Origin: Orbicella franksi
Taxonomy: Eukaryota
Direction of reading: 5' to 3'
NCBI GenBank assembly: GCA_964199315.1
Contig: OZ116706.1
Coordinates: 1,302,001-1,366,000, forward strand
Length of the DNA: 64,000 bases
Shown here: piece by piece, positions 35,810 to 49,000 of the stretch
Layout of the letters: each line of letters starts with the position of its first letter
Position numbering within the stretch: position 1 is the stretch's first letter
Notes under the pieces: model-generated
Database searches by the model: none
What the model was told of the DNA's origin: nothing
What the model saw: only the letters and a program-made list of their open reading frames with translations
Made by a program: the position numbers and the translations under genes

Positions 35810-38548
35810 TCACACTACTGAGTCTGTGTCCCTTGGTTTCTCCGAAAATTCTTCTTTGCCAACCTTTCTTCGCTTAGCATTAACAATTTCCAGTTTGGAT
35901 TCAAAGCTCTCATGCATGGCTCTCTTCATAAGTGGTTTGTGTACTCTTGTTGTGACTTGAAAAGGGACCAGTGAACTTAACTGATGAAATTGAGGCTGCC
36001 TTATGTCACGCCACGTGACAACTTTGTCACCCTTGTCACCTATATGTGTTTTCACAGCTGCATCATCTAATTTGCCAATCAAGCTTGTTAGCATCTCCGC
36101 TTTAATAGCATGAGTTGTCCATTGTCTTTGGAAATCTTTCAACAAAGCTTCCAAAATGCCAGGTTCATGTTTCCATGACAACTTTTCATAACAAGAATCA
36201 TACAGCACAAGGGGTACTTCTGACGCCATATTATACTGTGGCCGTCTTGGGCACTGTTTGATATCAAGCATCCAGTCAATGACCTCAGATTTTTCTAGAT
36301 TCTGGCCAATCATAAGCAGCACAGCGACCATGCAGCGCACTTGATGCCACAGAAATGCTGATCCACAAATTATCAGTTCACACATTTCATACCCATTGCA
36401 ACTCTGCAAGTTATTTGTTTGGACTGTGCATGAGATAAGCTCCCTCTCAAAAGCTACAACACCATTTGCAACATCCATTTTACAGAAATTTCTGAAATCG
36501 TGTTTTCCAACAAATTTTTGTGCTGCATGATTCATAAGATCTACATCAACATTTGCCACAGGAAAGAAGTACTTATATGTCCGGTTCAGACAGCTGAATC
36601 TTGCGTCAAACTCTTGATCCACTGGTGCCCAGGCAATAATCCTTATTTCTGGTGGAAGGAGCTTGTTTAGAACATGAGCATAAGGGATTTCTAGCAGTTT
36701 GGCTTTCTCTGTCAAAATAAAACACATGTCAGAATAATATTATAAAGTAACTGTAATGTTTAAATTGACAAAGTTGTTTTCCTTCCTATTAAGTAGCCTG
36801 TGTCACAGTCGCCCTTGCTGAAAGAAAAATCAGGGAGACTTGTATTTGTTACTGTTGTTAATCGTGTTAAAGGCATGTGACTTTTCCAGGCACATGACTT
36901 TTCCAAGAATGTGTGGAAAATGTTCAGATTGGTCGATCAACCATTGGCAGTTTAATGAAGAGTAATGTTCATAAATTGTTGAGGCCACAATCACAGTTTA
37001 TACACTTTGTGGGTGAGATTTAGTTTTACAATTTGAAGTTTAAAAGCCAGATTAATGGCAGTAAGCAGCATTTTATGTCAGCAAAATTATTCTGCGAGTG
37101 GTCTGTTTCTATATTGTGCCATTGACAAATCATTTAGTGTCTCATGCCAAGATCACACACAGAGAGCAAGTTCTTTTGTTGTCTCCTCATGTCAATGTGT
37201 GACAATGAAATGTTTTTATGCAAAGCCATGGATAATTTATATAAGGAACACGGTTATCAATGGTAACACACAAACACTCTCTCCAATTTTTCTTTTGCGG
37301 GAGGACAGCTGTGACAAAGGCTGACTATTATGTATTTCTTAAAAGTTAAATAATCAGAATAATCACTGCACGGTCATTTTAGATTTTATGTATTAACTAA
37401 TGGTTTTGATATAGTACATTCCCTGAAGAACAGGGATGGGGAGGGGTGGGTTCACGGGTCAGTTTTTGTTACATGTAGGTAAATGTAAGCACTCTATGCA
37501 TGAATTACTCAACCAAAACGCTTCTATTGGTCAGTTCCTTTGTCAGAAGTAGATAACTATTGTGTTCTGTGCAGTTGTGGATCCACACCGGTTTCCACCG
37601 TTCTATGGATATTGGTCAGATTTTTCAGAATTACTCAGAAAACCCCAAAAGGGGACTTTAGTAGTAAAAAACTCCAGAACATTTCCTAAGGGAGCATGGC
37701 CCTGGAACCTCCCTAGAAGGCACTCGTTGTTTCAGAAATCAGTCACCATTTATCCTAGATCTGCACCTGCTGTGCACGGTTAAGGCCAAAAAATTGAACA
37801 GGAACATATAGCAAAGGACGTTGTTTGTTTCATAAGCATTCCCCTCTATAATGCACCTATCACCTGTAGATACACCTATGACCTTGAATTATATTCCCAT
37901 TTCACACTCTGGTAATGTCAACAGCATCTGTCTATATATAATGTTATACACAGACTACATACCAACTCGCTTTTGCACTTTTTCCTGGTCTCCACTTGTA
38001 ATGAGACCAAGACCTTCAGTGAGATTTGACCGTACATCGAGGGATACAACCTGTGAAAATGCACTAACTCCTTTATCTGTCCTACCACATCTGGAATAGT
38101 TACAATCAGCTCTGTTTTCTATCAGGCACGCTTTCGACAACGCCGCAAAAAAGTGACTTTCAATGGTATTCTCGATGCTCTCTTGACTGGCAAAGCCGTG
38201 AAAGTCCCATCCAAGATACGCCATCTTTATAGCTATGTGTCGTCTGTGGTAGCGAGTAAAATCAAATGATTTCTGCTTTTTAGTTCTTCCACTGCCTTCA
38301 CTAGCTTTCTTGTTCATATTTCCATCGTCAAGGTCTTTCGATGAATTGTTCTCCACAGGAGGTTTGCAATCCAGATTACAATCGTTTGTTCGATCTGGTT
38401 GTTGTTCAGCGACTGAGTTGGTATGTAGCTTCTTCCAGAGTTCTTTTTTCTCTCTGGTTAGCTCTACAATCCTGCCAACAAGATCCTCTTTGGAAAGTGA
38501 TTGTAACTGTGATATTTCATCAACTGAAATGTGGTCGTCAGAATCCAT
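35810..38548 (-). CDS. PUS3: tRNA pseudouridine(38/39) synthase (TruA family), 494 aa, 2 exons
   Basis: Exons 38548-37963 and 36708-35810, joined by a phase-1 GT-AG intron (1485 nt total). Motifs RRHIAIKMAYLGWDFHGFA, catalytic CGRTDKGVSA, LNKLLPPEIR, FDARFSCLNRTYKYFF, GKHDFRNFCK, GSAFLWHQVRCM. Confidence 0.93.
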
Positions 38549-38774
38549 ATGGAAGTTGAACTCTTTGACTCAAGCGTGCGATTTCAGACGGTGGAACTGC
38601 AGCTACGGTGCTTTAAATATTTTTGGAGAGAAGAATGGTGTAAATGAATATTTTCACCAAAATAGAGCAGGATCAATTCGCACGTTGGAACGTGAGGACG
38701 TCTTATATGACATGGTTGTAAAGTATAACCAGTAACCGCTGAGTTATAAGAGACCGCGTGACACAACAGACAAA
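38549..38774. promoter_or_regulatory. Putative bidirectional promoter between PUS3 and IDH3G
   Basis: The two divergent start codons are only 226 bp apart. Individual elements were not identified. Confidence 0.6.
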
Positions 38775-41700
38775 ATGGCGGCGGTTAATCTATCATTGCG
38801 GCAATCTTCAAGACTACTCTCTGGGCTCGGTTTAACAAGAGTCTGCCGCCAAATATCACCTGTGATCTTTAAAAAGGTAACAACGGCGTCGGCCTTTAGT
38901 TGTAATCGTTCTTGCAAAGAACGTACATTTGGTAGAAAGAAAATTAAACTTAGTTAGATAGAGTACTGGCTACCTGGATAAACTGAAATAATAATCAGAT
39001 GACTAAATTACTTTCAATTTAGCTTCTGATAAAAAACACAAAACACCTACATGAAACACAGCACTCCTACAGTCAGTATCATGGACGCACTGAGTCAAAA
39101 CCAAGGATATAAATTAAATTATTTTAAAACAAAAACCTAAAGATAATACAAGCATGTCTGATAGAGAAGGAAACTGCAAACTAGAGAAAGAAATGAAATT
39201 ATGACACACAACTACAACTGCACTACAACTACACCCTAAGTAACGCCATTGATGTTAATTTTTATCTCAGCTACATTGTGGGTACATGTACGCTTGGTCA
39301 TAATATACATGTACATGCAGCAAATTACATGTCAAGTGTTCAATTTAGTGCACTGGTACTATAACAATGGAATATTTTTAATGCCACCATCCATGTACTT
39401 GAGTTATCCAGATTGTATTGTAAACATCATCTTTTACTGGACTGGAAGCTATCCAAAACTGCATTAAGAACAAATGATTGTCACGTTGCTTCATTTTTGT
39501 TGTTCCTTTTAAACGTTGCAGAATTCTTTCCACCAATCTCATGAAGTTCCAATACATGCCAAGTATGGCGGGCGTAACACTGTTACATTAATTCCAGGAG
39601 ATGGTATTGGCCCAGAGATGGTCACTGCAGTGCAAGATATATTCAGGTGCCTTTTGTTTTACCATGTTCCTCAGTCTTTCTGAAACCCATGTGAGTAGTC
39701 CACACATTAATTTGAAACAAAAGATGCTGGAAATAATGTCCTTAATAAATTACTAGCATAGATTTTTACAATTTAATTGTATGTTTTCTATCAAACTGGA
39801 GTAGTCACATATATTCATGTACTTGAATGTGTTTTCTCTTTTAAGTTGTTGTCGTACTGTCCTCTAGGTATATTGGTGCACCAGTGGATTTTGAAGAACT
39901 TAATTTAAGGTATACCGTATATATACATATTTGACATTACGGGAACAGTTCAAGTGTATCACCATATTTGCTTTGTACGGTCTAAATAGAAGTTCATTTG
40001 GTGCAAACCCAACTGCTGTTCTGTCATTAATCTGGCTAGCCTTGTTGCTGGGCCCAGTTTATCTTGGTCATCAGAAAAACTAACCTGAAATCAAACTATG
40101 GAAAATATCACTTTCATTTACTGGATATTCTGTCTGAAGTTATAATTGAATTCAATGTGGACATAATTACCTTCCACCTCCCTTAACACCCAGGAGGCTG
40201 GCATGTAACAATCTTGGCAGAAAGATTGGGCCAATATTTGTTCAGCAAGACACATTTACTTAAAACTGAACTGGTAACACACCTTAAAATTTACTGTAAA
40301 TGTAACAAACATTTTGTGTTGATCTGTCACTGTTAGTGGGGTAAATTTAAGTGACGAGGATGCATTCAGTGACACCTTGGAAGATGTTGTGACTTCAGTG
40401 AAGAGGAATGGAGTAGCAATGAAGGGTACAGTAGACAAGATTTATTATCAAGATTTATTATCAATAATAACCGTCTCAACAGTTTATTACAGAATTTTAA
40501 TCTCTTGCATGAGTTTTTATGTTATTTGTTGTAGTTAAGTTGTAAAAGGTTTTCACTGCCAAGGATGATGGGATATGGGATGGGATACAAATTTATATTC
40601 AATATCACCATCCTTAGATGTTGATACATGCAGATAGTTTGACTGGTCAAGTTATCAAGTTCAAATAATTGTGTGGTTAGCTGAAGAATGTTACAGTGAC
40701 TGCAAAATTATAATATTATGTCACAGTAACCTGGGGTGTTATTAGTAGCTTTGTATTTGCCTTTCAATATGATTTTGGTAATCAGTATTCACTTCAGGAA
40801 ATTGTGAAACAAACAACAACATCAACAACAACAACAACAGCTATATGCAGAGTCAGATTGAATGTCCAGTTATCCTCCTCCCCTTAATATCACATTATAT
40901 ATACAACTACACATACGTGTACACACAAGCACAATGCACATTACACATTTAATTGACGTTTCAGTTTGTTACCAGATGTTTCACTCTTCTATTATGTTTG
41001 ATTTCAGGAAATATATTTACTCCATTAGATAAACCTACTTTTAAGTCACTCAACGTTGAATTACGGTGAGTGTTATCACACATATAGTGTATATATATAC
41101 ATGTAAATGTAGGAATTCTATGTGAGCATGCTAGCTGTAAAAAGATTGTAACAATGCAACACAAGTAACAAAAATGTATCATTCTACAGTGGAATCTTTT
41201 ATTTCTGGGACCCTGAATTTTTCAATCCTCAGGTGACAACTTTAACCGATAGTCATTAATTTTGTCTTGGATTTGTTTCACTATTAATCATGTTTTAGCT
41301 AATCTCTTGAAATCCCAATTTCTTTAACCAAGTTTCATTTCCCTTGAGCATTTGATAAATCAGATTTCACTGTAATTTTGTTTGCATCATATAATGCATG
41401 ATACATACATTTATGATAACCTGCTTTTGTTTCAGTCGGCAGCTGGATCTATTTGCCAATGTTGTAAGATGTAAATCCATACCAGGAATCCCAGTGAGGT
41501 ATGGGACTCTTTACTCTCAGCCATTTTTCTCACCCCTTTGTGGAGCACAGGACATATCCAAAATATCCAATTTTAAAATTATCGCAGCTCTCACAATATT
41601 GTTCTTCAGTTGACTTTGTTTTGTTGTTGCAATTCTGGCCTACTCTACTTTGTCTTTGCATGTGGATTCCAGTGGTTGACATAACTTCAAAGGAACTTAC

Positions 41701-43088
41701 TACTCAACAAGTGCAGTTCATGTACAGTACTTGTACTGTATATTCAAGAAATAAATTGGTATTGATTAATAAACAATAAATGACAATGTAAAGCTGTAAT
41801 TTCAGAAAAATAGAAAGAAATTAAAGAAGTTATTGGGGTGTTAAAATACAGGTGTTCAAATGGACTTAAGTGAAATACGTTCATTCTTAACCATGTTATT
41901 CTGTTTTGTAGACATAGCGATTTGGATCTGGTGATTATTAGAGAAAACACAGAAGGAGAATACAGTCACATTGAACATGAAGTATGCATCAGCCATCTTT
42001 AATTTGCTGCTTTACTCTTTTCATAAAAGAGCAAGTTAATATGACATTACCTGGTTATTGTACATGTATGCAGCCCAACTTATGCACTTTAGTAGAAATT
42101 GTTGAGACCATGTTCTTGCGACACTTATGGAATCTTATGAGAAGTCATCAGTATTGATACAAGACAATCGGGAATTTAAGAATGTTTAACCCTGGTTTGG
42201 GGGGACTCCAATACAAAAAGGATGGGGGTGTTCTTCTGAAATTTTGAAAAAAACACCTAAGAGGTACTAAGATCCTGTTTTGTGAGAGCTTGGCTTGAGA
42301 TGTTTTTTTTGTGTGTGTGTGTGTGGCTTGAAACGCTTTTCACCCCTAAGAGATACCAATTCCAAAACAAGACATAATCTTCTGTGATATATTTTTGGCT
42401 CAATACCTAAAAGGTACTGCAAAAGCTCCTGCTGTGGACCTTTTGAGGCTGAATACCCTAAGATTTACCAAAACTGCATTTTTAACCCCTAAAAGGTATG
42501 ACGAGCACCACTGTCCTTTTTATATGGGAGTCCTTCCCCCCCCCCGGGGGGGGGGGGTTTAAGTGCTTGAAACAAGCCCTATTAAAGGTTTCCAAAATTT
42601 GACAGTAACATTCACAAGATTCTACCTCATGCAAGTGTTTCTGTATTGCAAGAGAGCTGAAGTGTCAGCTCACAGCCTGTGTACTGGTAAACTCTCTTAT
42701 CCTTCCCAATATACAACAACTAAAGTGCCTAATATGGTTCTCATCTTTGTTATTTGTTTGGTTATCTTGTAGAATGTTGATGGGGTTATTGAAAGTTTTA
42801 AGATCATGACAGAGGAGAAATGTACCAAAATTGCAAAATATGCATTTGACTTTGCTGTGAAGCATGGCCGAAAGAAAGTGACAGCTGTTCACAAGGCCAA
42901 CATCATGTGAGCTTCCAAAACTGACATCTGTAGTAATCCAATAACTTAATATGTTGATAATGCAGTTTAAGCATACATGTAATGGGAGTAAACTCTGACA
43001 AGGTGCTATAAGAGATCTGCAACTTGGTAGTGTAGTTGCTTACAGTTTATACCATGGTCCGTTAGATTTTAATCAATCAATCAATCAG

Positions 43089-43126
<38 letters not shown>

Positions 43127-46096
43127 TTCAGTAAGTACAACAGTACATGTATAAAATATAAATACCAATATTACATTAATTAAAAACTGTCATGTACTGT
43201 TTTACAAGATTGCCAAGTGAGAATCCGATGATTCAAATATGCGATTGATTTGTGTCTTGAATTTTGCAATTGATTTAATCTTTTTGATGTTTTCAAGTAA
43301 TAAATTCCACAATAAAGCACCGCTGTAACTGAAACTGTGTTTCAAATAATGTACACATGACAATGTTGATGTCAATCGCAGAGTTTTTGTTTTTGTTTTT
43401 CACTGAAGGAAACTTGGTGATGGCTTGTTCTTGCGATGTTGTGGCGAGGTCTCCAGGGACTACCCTGACATTGAATACAACTCTATGATTATTGATAACT
43501 GTTGTATGCAGCTTGTTTCCAACCCTCAGCAGTTTGATGTGATGGTAATGCCAAACTTGTATGGCAATATAGTCAGCAACATTGGCGCATCTCTTGTAGG
43601 CGGACCAGGCATCGTACCTGGTGAAAACATAGGTGGAGATTATGCTGTGTTTGAATCGGTAAGGACTTTATGTTGTGATGTTTACATATTATATTATATT
43701 TAATGCTCTTGTGGGTGGACAGGCACCGTACCTGGTGAAAACATAGGTGGAGACATATTTAATAGAGGGAATGGTTATAAAACCTGACAAAGTTCTTTGT
43801 TGTATGTTTTTGTTGGCTATTTTAGGAGTTGACCCTGCACAAAACCTGGCAATATACCAAAGGTGGTTGTGTGCTTATACAACTAAGTATGTAATTCATG
43901 CTTAGTCAATGAGCATTAAACAAAACATGTGCAGGGTTAAGTGCCTTCCAGCATAAATCTTAGCCTGTTTGTCTACTTCTTTGATGTTCATCACGTTTCC
44001 ATTTCCTCTAATAACTATGGTGGAGATTATGCGGCATTTGAATCGGTGAGGACTTGATAAAAAAAAAAATTGTTTGTAATTAGCTCTTACTAACCGAGCA
44101 GGAGGTCTGTATGGGAGGATCCTGACCAAGGTCGTGAGTACAGACCGAATACGGTGAAGTCTGTACACACGACCAAGGTCGAGATTCTCCCATACAGACC
44201 AACTAAGCTTGGTTAATAAGATGTTTATTATATGGCGCAAAGAAGAACAAATTTCATTTGTTTAATGTAACTGGTTTGTACTGACTGACATTTTGCCCCG
44301 GGCATTTTGCTTGGGAACGGTAATGAGCTGAATTTAATTCTGCTAAAATTTGCTCATCCTACATAAATATAAATTATTGTTAGATGAAAGTAGTCAATGA
44401 TTTTGCATTTTAGTTGGCAAGTTTTTCACTGCAAAACATTACCGGTCTAGATGCCAGTCTAGATGGGAAAATGTAGAGCACTTTCAATATCGATTTCAGC
44501 CAATCAAATTGGTGAATTTGGTAGTTTCCAGTCCTTGTGAGATAGAGCCATATAATAATGCTGAATTATCTCTTATGGGTTGCCCAGGCTTTGCACTTGG
44601 TCAAAACATAGTCGGGATTATTCTGTGTAAACCGAAAAGGACTTGAGTCAAAAGAAAACTTGTTTCTCTGTAGTGTCGGAACATTTTTGTGGGTGCACTG
44701 GAGAATATAAACGTGTAACACACATTATAAGAAAGTACATGGTCATATATGTTTAATTTGAACAGCCTCAATACCATATTGTTGTCTTTTTGTTATTGAG
44801 GGCTCGCGTCACACAGGTCGGGACATCGAAGGAAAGAACATTTCAAATCCTATGAGCCTGCTGTTTGCCAGCACACTCATGCTGGAACATTTGGGGTAAG
44901 GAGAGAAAATAGATTAGACTGTTACGTTTGAGTCTAAATGACTTACATAGGTGAGCCTGCTGTTTACCAGCGCACTCATGCTGGAACATTTGGGGTAAGG
45001 AGAGAAGAGCAGATCTTTTAAGTAAAACGTGTTCATAGATTAGACTAGTATAAAGTCAGAATATGGTCATTTCACACCATCGTTTTGAATAGCTGAGGAC
45101 GGCTAAGGAATGTACCAAGATGTATAACGTACGTGCGGAACCATTGTACTGTTCATTGAACTTTATGTTTATGAATATCTCAAATAAGGAGCTAATATCC
45201 CAGCAACTGATAACCTGACCTGACCGTAACCTTGTGAAGTCCAACTTGATAACACAATAGTACATGTAATAGTAACAGAATTCGCAGTACTGCCATTTGT
45301 ACGTGAGATAGAAATACTCGCTATTATCTGTTCTGGTTCTATCATCCGATATTCTGAAGCCTGATTTGGTTTGAGGTCGCTTGGTCTCAGTCTCCTCTTT
45401 GTCTCACGAGGAAAAGGAGAGGTGCAGAGAGATGAGGCCACCTTGCACCGTCCTGGAATCATGCTAGGACACGAGAAGCTCTGTGCATGGTCTGTAGTTA
45501 CCATAATCTGTTGTATTTTGTTCTGTTTCAGATGGAATGCTTATGGTGACCTAATTCACAGTGCTATCTTAAGAGTCGTGGAAAAAGGAGTGGTAAGAAT
45601 ACTTCTTTCTGAGTTATGAACAGTCTTCGTCCTTGCTGGTGTGTTGTCGGGTGAGACTCTGTGCTCCCCCATGCCTTTCTCTGTCCACCCGGGAGTAGTC
45701 CTAAACTATCGGGCCGACATTCAGCTGTAGTCCTGGGCATGTATGGGCGCCTTGTTCAAGTTGATTCCTCAACTTTTGTTAACGAATTTGGTTTTCTTTT
45801 TTCTGAGGTTTTTCTCTGCTAAGCTTAACTTACCGTAAGGAGACGCTTCATGAAATCTTGCCTTCGCTCCACCCCGCCCTCAGTTACTTGCCTTCCTAAA
45901 TAGGGACTTTCCTCAGTACAGTGACTTGCGCTGCGGGTTACGCAGGGATGTTCAAGTTACTGATTTTAATTTTTTAACTAGTTTATTTTGTCTTCAGAAA
46001 ACCGCCGATGTTGGAGGCGAACATTCCACTACAGATTTCCTTGAATGTTTAAAAGAAGAAATCGGTCAGATGGCTAGAGTTGGTGGAATGGAGTAG
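38775..46096 (+). CDS. IDH3G: Mitochondrial NAD-dependent isocitrate dehydrogenase subunit gamma, 395 aa, 12 exons
   Basis: Exons 38775-38876, 39522-39646, 39868-39909, 40337-40425, 41008-41065, 41436-41498, 41912-41981, 42773-42906, 43409-43658, 44801-44895, 45532-45592, 45998-46096 (1188 nt, phases consistent). Basic, Ser-rich presequence; gamma-type [21 protein letters not shown]; [54 protein letters not shown] at 46406. Confidence 0.9.
42190..42548. mobile_element. MITE-like element in IDH3G intron 7
   Basis: Inverted ends GGGGGGACTCCAATACAAAAAGGATGGGGGTG ... CACCACTGTCCTTTTTATATGGGAGTCC...CCCCCCGGG. Confidence 0.6.
43071..43126. repeat. (TCAA)n microsatellite
   Basis: About 14 tandem TCAA units with one TCAG variant. 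Confidence 0.95.
44087..44219. mobile_element. Palindromic MITE-like hairpin in IDH3G intron 9
   Basis: TTACTAACCGAGC-AGGAGGTCTGTATGGGAGGATCCTGACCAAGGTCGTGAGTACAGAC pairs imperfectly with GTCTGTACACACGACCAAGGTCGAGATTCTCCCATACAGACCAACTAAGCTTGGTTAATAA. Confidence 0.65.
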
Positions 46097-49000
46097 AGTT
46101 GTTGTTTATACTGCTGCTGAATCCCGTATGTTACCGCAAATATATAAAACATGGAAGTTGTTTTTAGATTAAGCAACCTTTGCGAGTGCCAAGTGTTGTT
46201 TGCGCATAGAAGATATTGTAAAATATAACAGAGAGATTTGTAAATTTACCATTGTACGCATTTTACTGATTTCAAGTGGCAGTTTCGTGCGGTTTACTTG
46301 ATCACGACCTTCACAACAGCCACAAGAAGCCCTGAATTTTATACAGAGTTGAAAAGGTTCTCGCTTGTCGTCTGTTAGAACTCCTATTCAAACTCAGTTG
46401 TAAAGAATAAACTGTTAAGCTGAAATAATAATAAAAAAAAACGTTTAAACATTAAACTTTGATTACATGCAGGTTAATAGAAAAGAAGGATGATTTTAGA
46501 CCTGAAATGGTGTATTTAGAGTCAGTCATAACTTGGCTCCGAGCCTTAGGAAAATAGACTAAAAGAAATGACTGAGTTTGTGTTTTATTTCCTTTTTCCC
46601 CTTTAGTCTGGAAATTTGATCTATCGAAATTGGCTTAAAGCACTTAAAAGAGGTAAAGTGATAAAATAAGGTCTCAGTCAGTTTGGTCCCTAAAAAAAAA
46701 CTAAGCACCCACACTGACGTCAGGGGTGGATAAATAATTTCATTCCCGTAGGCCTGGGAGATAGTTCTTTTGACTGTGTATAGTTATGGCTGTTTATGAT
46801 GCCTCACTTTCAACTAATATAGACGCTGACCTTATCGTGAATCGTGAAATATGCATGCATCAAAAATAGGACAGCACGGCCGGCCGGTGGGAAAGATCTC
46901 CTAGGAACCGACTATAGTTCTCACAAAGATTACGGCGACAGCGTAAGAACCCTCAAATTAACATAAAAAGGTTCGTGCAGTAACAGGTGCTTTGCTCGTA
47001 CGCATTTCTTTGTATCTCGGTGTAATTCGGAAGTGATTACTGAACTTAAGACATATCAGTACTCGTAATCCGTTTTTTCGCTCTTGTTAAGCTTTGATTA
47101 AGCTAAAAAAATCAAGGTGAAACCAGCTTGCCTGGATTTTTGTCATATTTTAGTGTACGATTAGTAGTTTGAGTTAAAAGGGACGCATGATCCTTCAAGA
47201 GAAAGTCCACTCTTAGCGTAACCTGAAATGGAAAAGACACTCATTTTGTTGAAGTGTCAATACTTCTACTCAGCTTGTGTGGAATAACCAGCGGCTGCCT
47301 TACTGATTCTTCAGTCCTCACTGAATGAGACACTAACGTAATGAACAGTAAGCAAGGATAATATCGTCTTTCCTAGACCACGACACTATGAAAATTATCC
47401 TTAGTCAACCTCCATCTCTAGACATCGCCTCCAACCAGTGAAATATGATACATAATACGTTTAGGTTTCTCTCCTTACCAGCTACGTGCAGTCGCTGCTG
47501 AAAAGCCGGTAAATCAACGAGGACAAGTTCAAATAGGTCGTCCTGAAATGGGGCCAGCTTAGCCAGTAAAAATTATCGCGTGCTTTCTCTGGGCTAAGAA
47601 TTGTAAACAAAACGAAAAGGATTCACGTAGACTCTCTAAGTCAGTACTAAAGATACAGTGCACTGTCTTACTAGGATGTAAATGACATCAGTTGCTGCCA
47701 GAAAAACATATATATGTATTTTTTTTCATATCACTAATCAGTACAAATTTTCCGGCGTTCATTCAAGTTCTTTAATTTTAATTTTTTAATCTGATTTTTT
47801 TGTATCTGTTCAAGAATGACGGATCCTGTCGTCTGTATTGAGGGCTTATGAAGTTTCATCTCTGAATGCACGCTTGTTCGCTTACTTTGTTTTGTGTAAA
47901 GGACGCCGTTCAGCTGCGGATTGATGGTTCAGTTTAATTTGAAGCTAAAAATGACGTCAGCCGATTAACAGACAAACCAAAAAAAAAAACTTTCAGTATA
48001 CACTACTACCATTGCATTTACAAAACTGAGTTCTTTAGAAGCTAAGCCGTTACTTCTCGTTTTCTACTAATTGACTTAAAGAGCCCAAATTTGACATTTA
48101 CACAAGAAATTATGAAAGGTAAATCCATAACACTACATTCATCAAAGGATTGATCTTTCAGTTTCTGAAGTGTCATGCCCTTAAACATCCCTGTAGCTTG
48201 TAGCCAACACGCAAACGGCTACTATCTTTAACTAACTGTAAATTCTGTAAAGGTTCAATTGTTAAAAAAAAAAAAAAAACACTAATGATACGAAGATAAG
48301 TGAACAGGGTGACCTGTAAATTCTTTGTTATAATCTCTGCAGATATAATATAACCACGCAAGGGTTTTTTTGAAGGACTTATAAGTCATATAACAGAGCT
48401 GAGCTTGAAAAGATAGGGACAGTTGACTTCCTGTTTGTGGTAATGATTGCCGGAGGGGATTGTCTGACGGTCTCAGACGTTCAAGACCCCTCAAACATCT
48501 CCCTAAGAAAAGAGGCAATGCAATTTCGTGCTGTTGAAAGATAAATAGCTAATGTGTGCTGATGTTGAATTATTACCCCTAAATCCTTAATTAATCCATA
48601 ATTAACTGAGCTCTCTCTCTCTCTTTCATTTATTAGGAAAAAGCATGTAGACCTGGCGAGCCGGTGAAGGATATGGATTTAGATACAGCACATTCTATGT
48701 TACTACCTAAAGGGGATTATAATCCAGTCTCTTGCTACCTAGTTTTCATGTTGAACTGAGCGTGCATGTGAACCTGCTTGATTCGTCAATCAGAATGCAT
48801 TTACCAAACAAATTTTAGATCATCCTAGGTTTCTTTTAACCTTTCGGCCACGTTTAAGTGTAGTTGATCAAATAACTGAATCAATAACCACACCTCTCGC
48901 GCTAAATTGAGGCCCACAATAAGTGGAATAAGCCGGCTATAGACCAACAACTTCATGTTCTTGTTTCCGTTAGAAAAGTCCGGAAGCCCTGACAAAAAAA

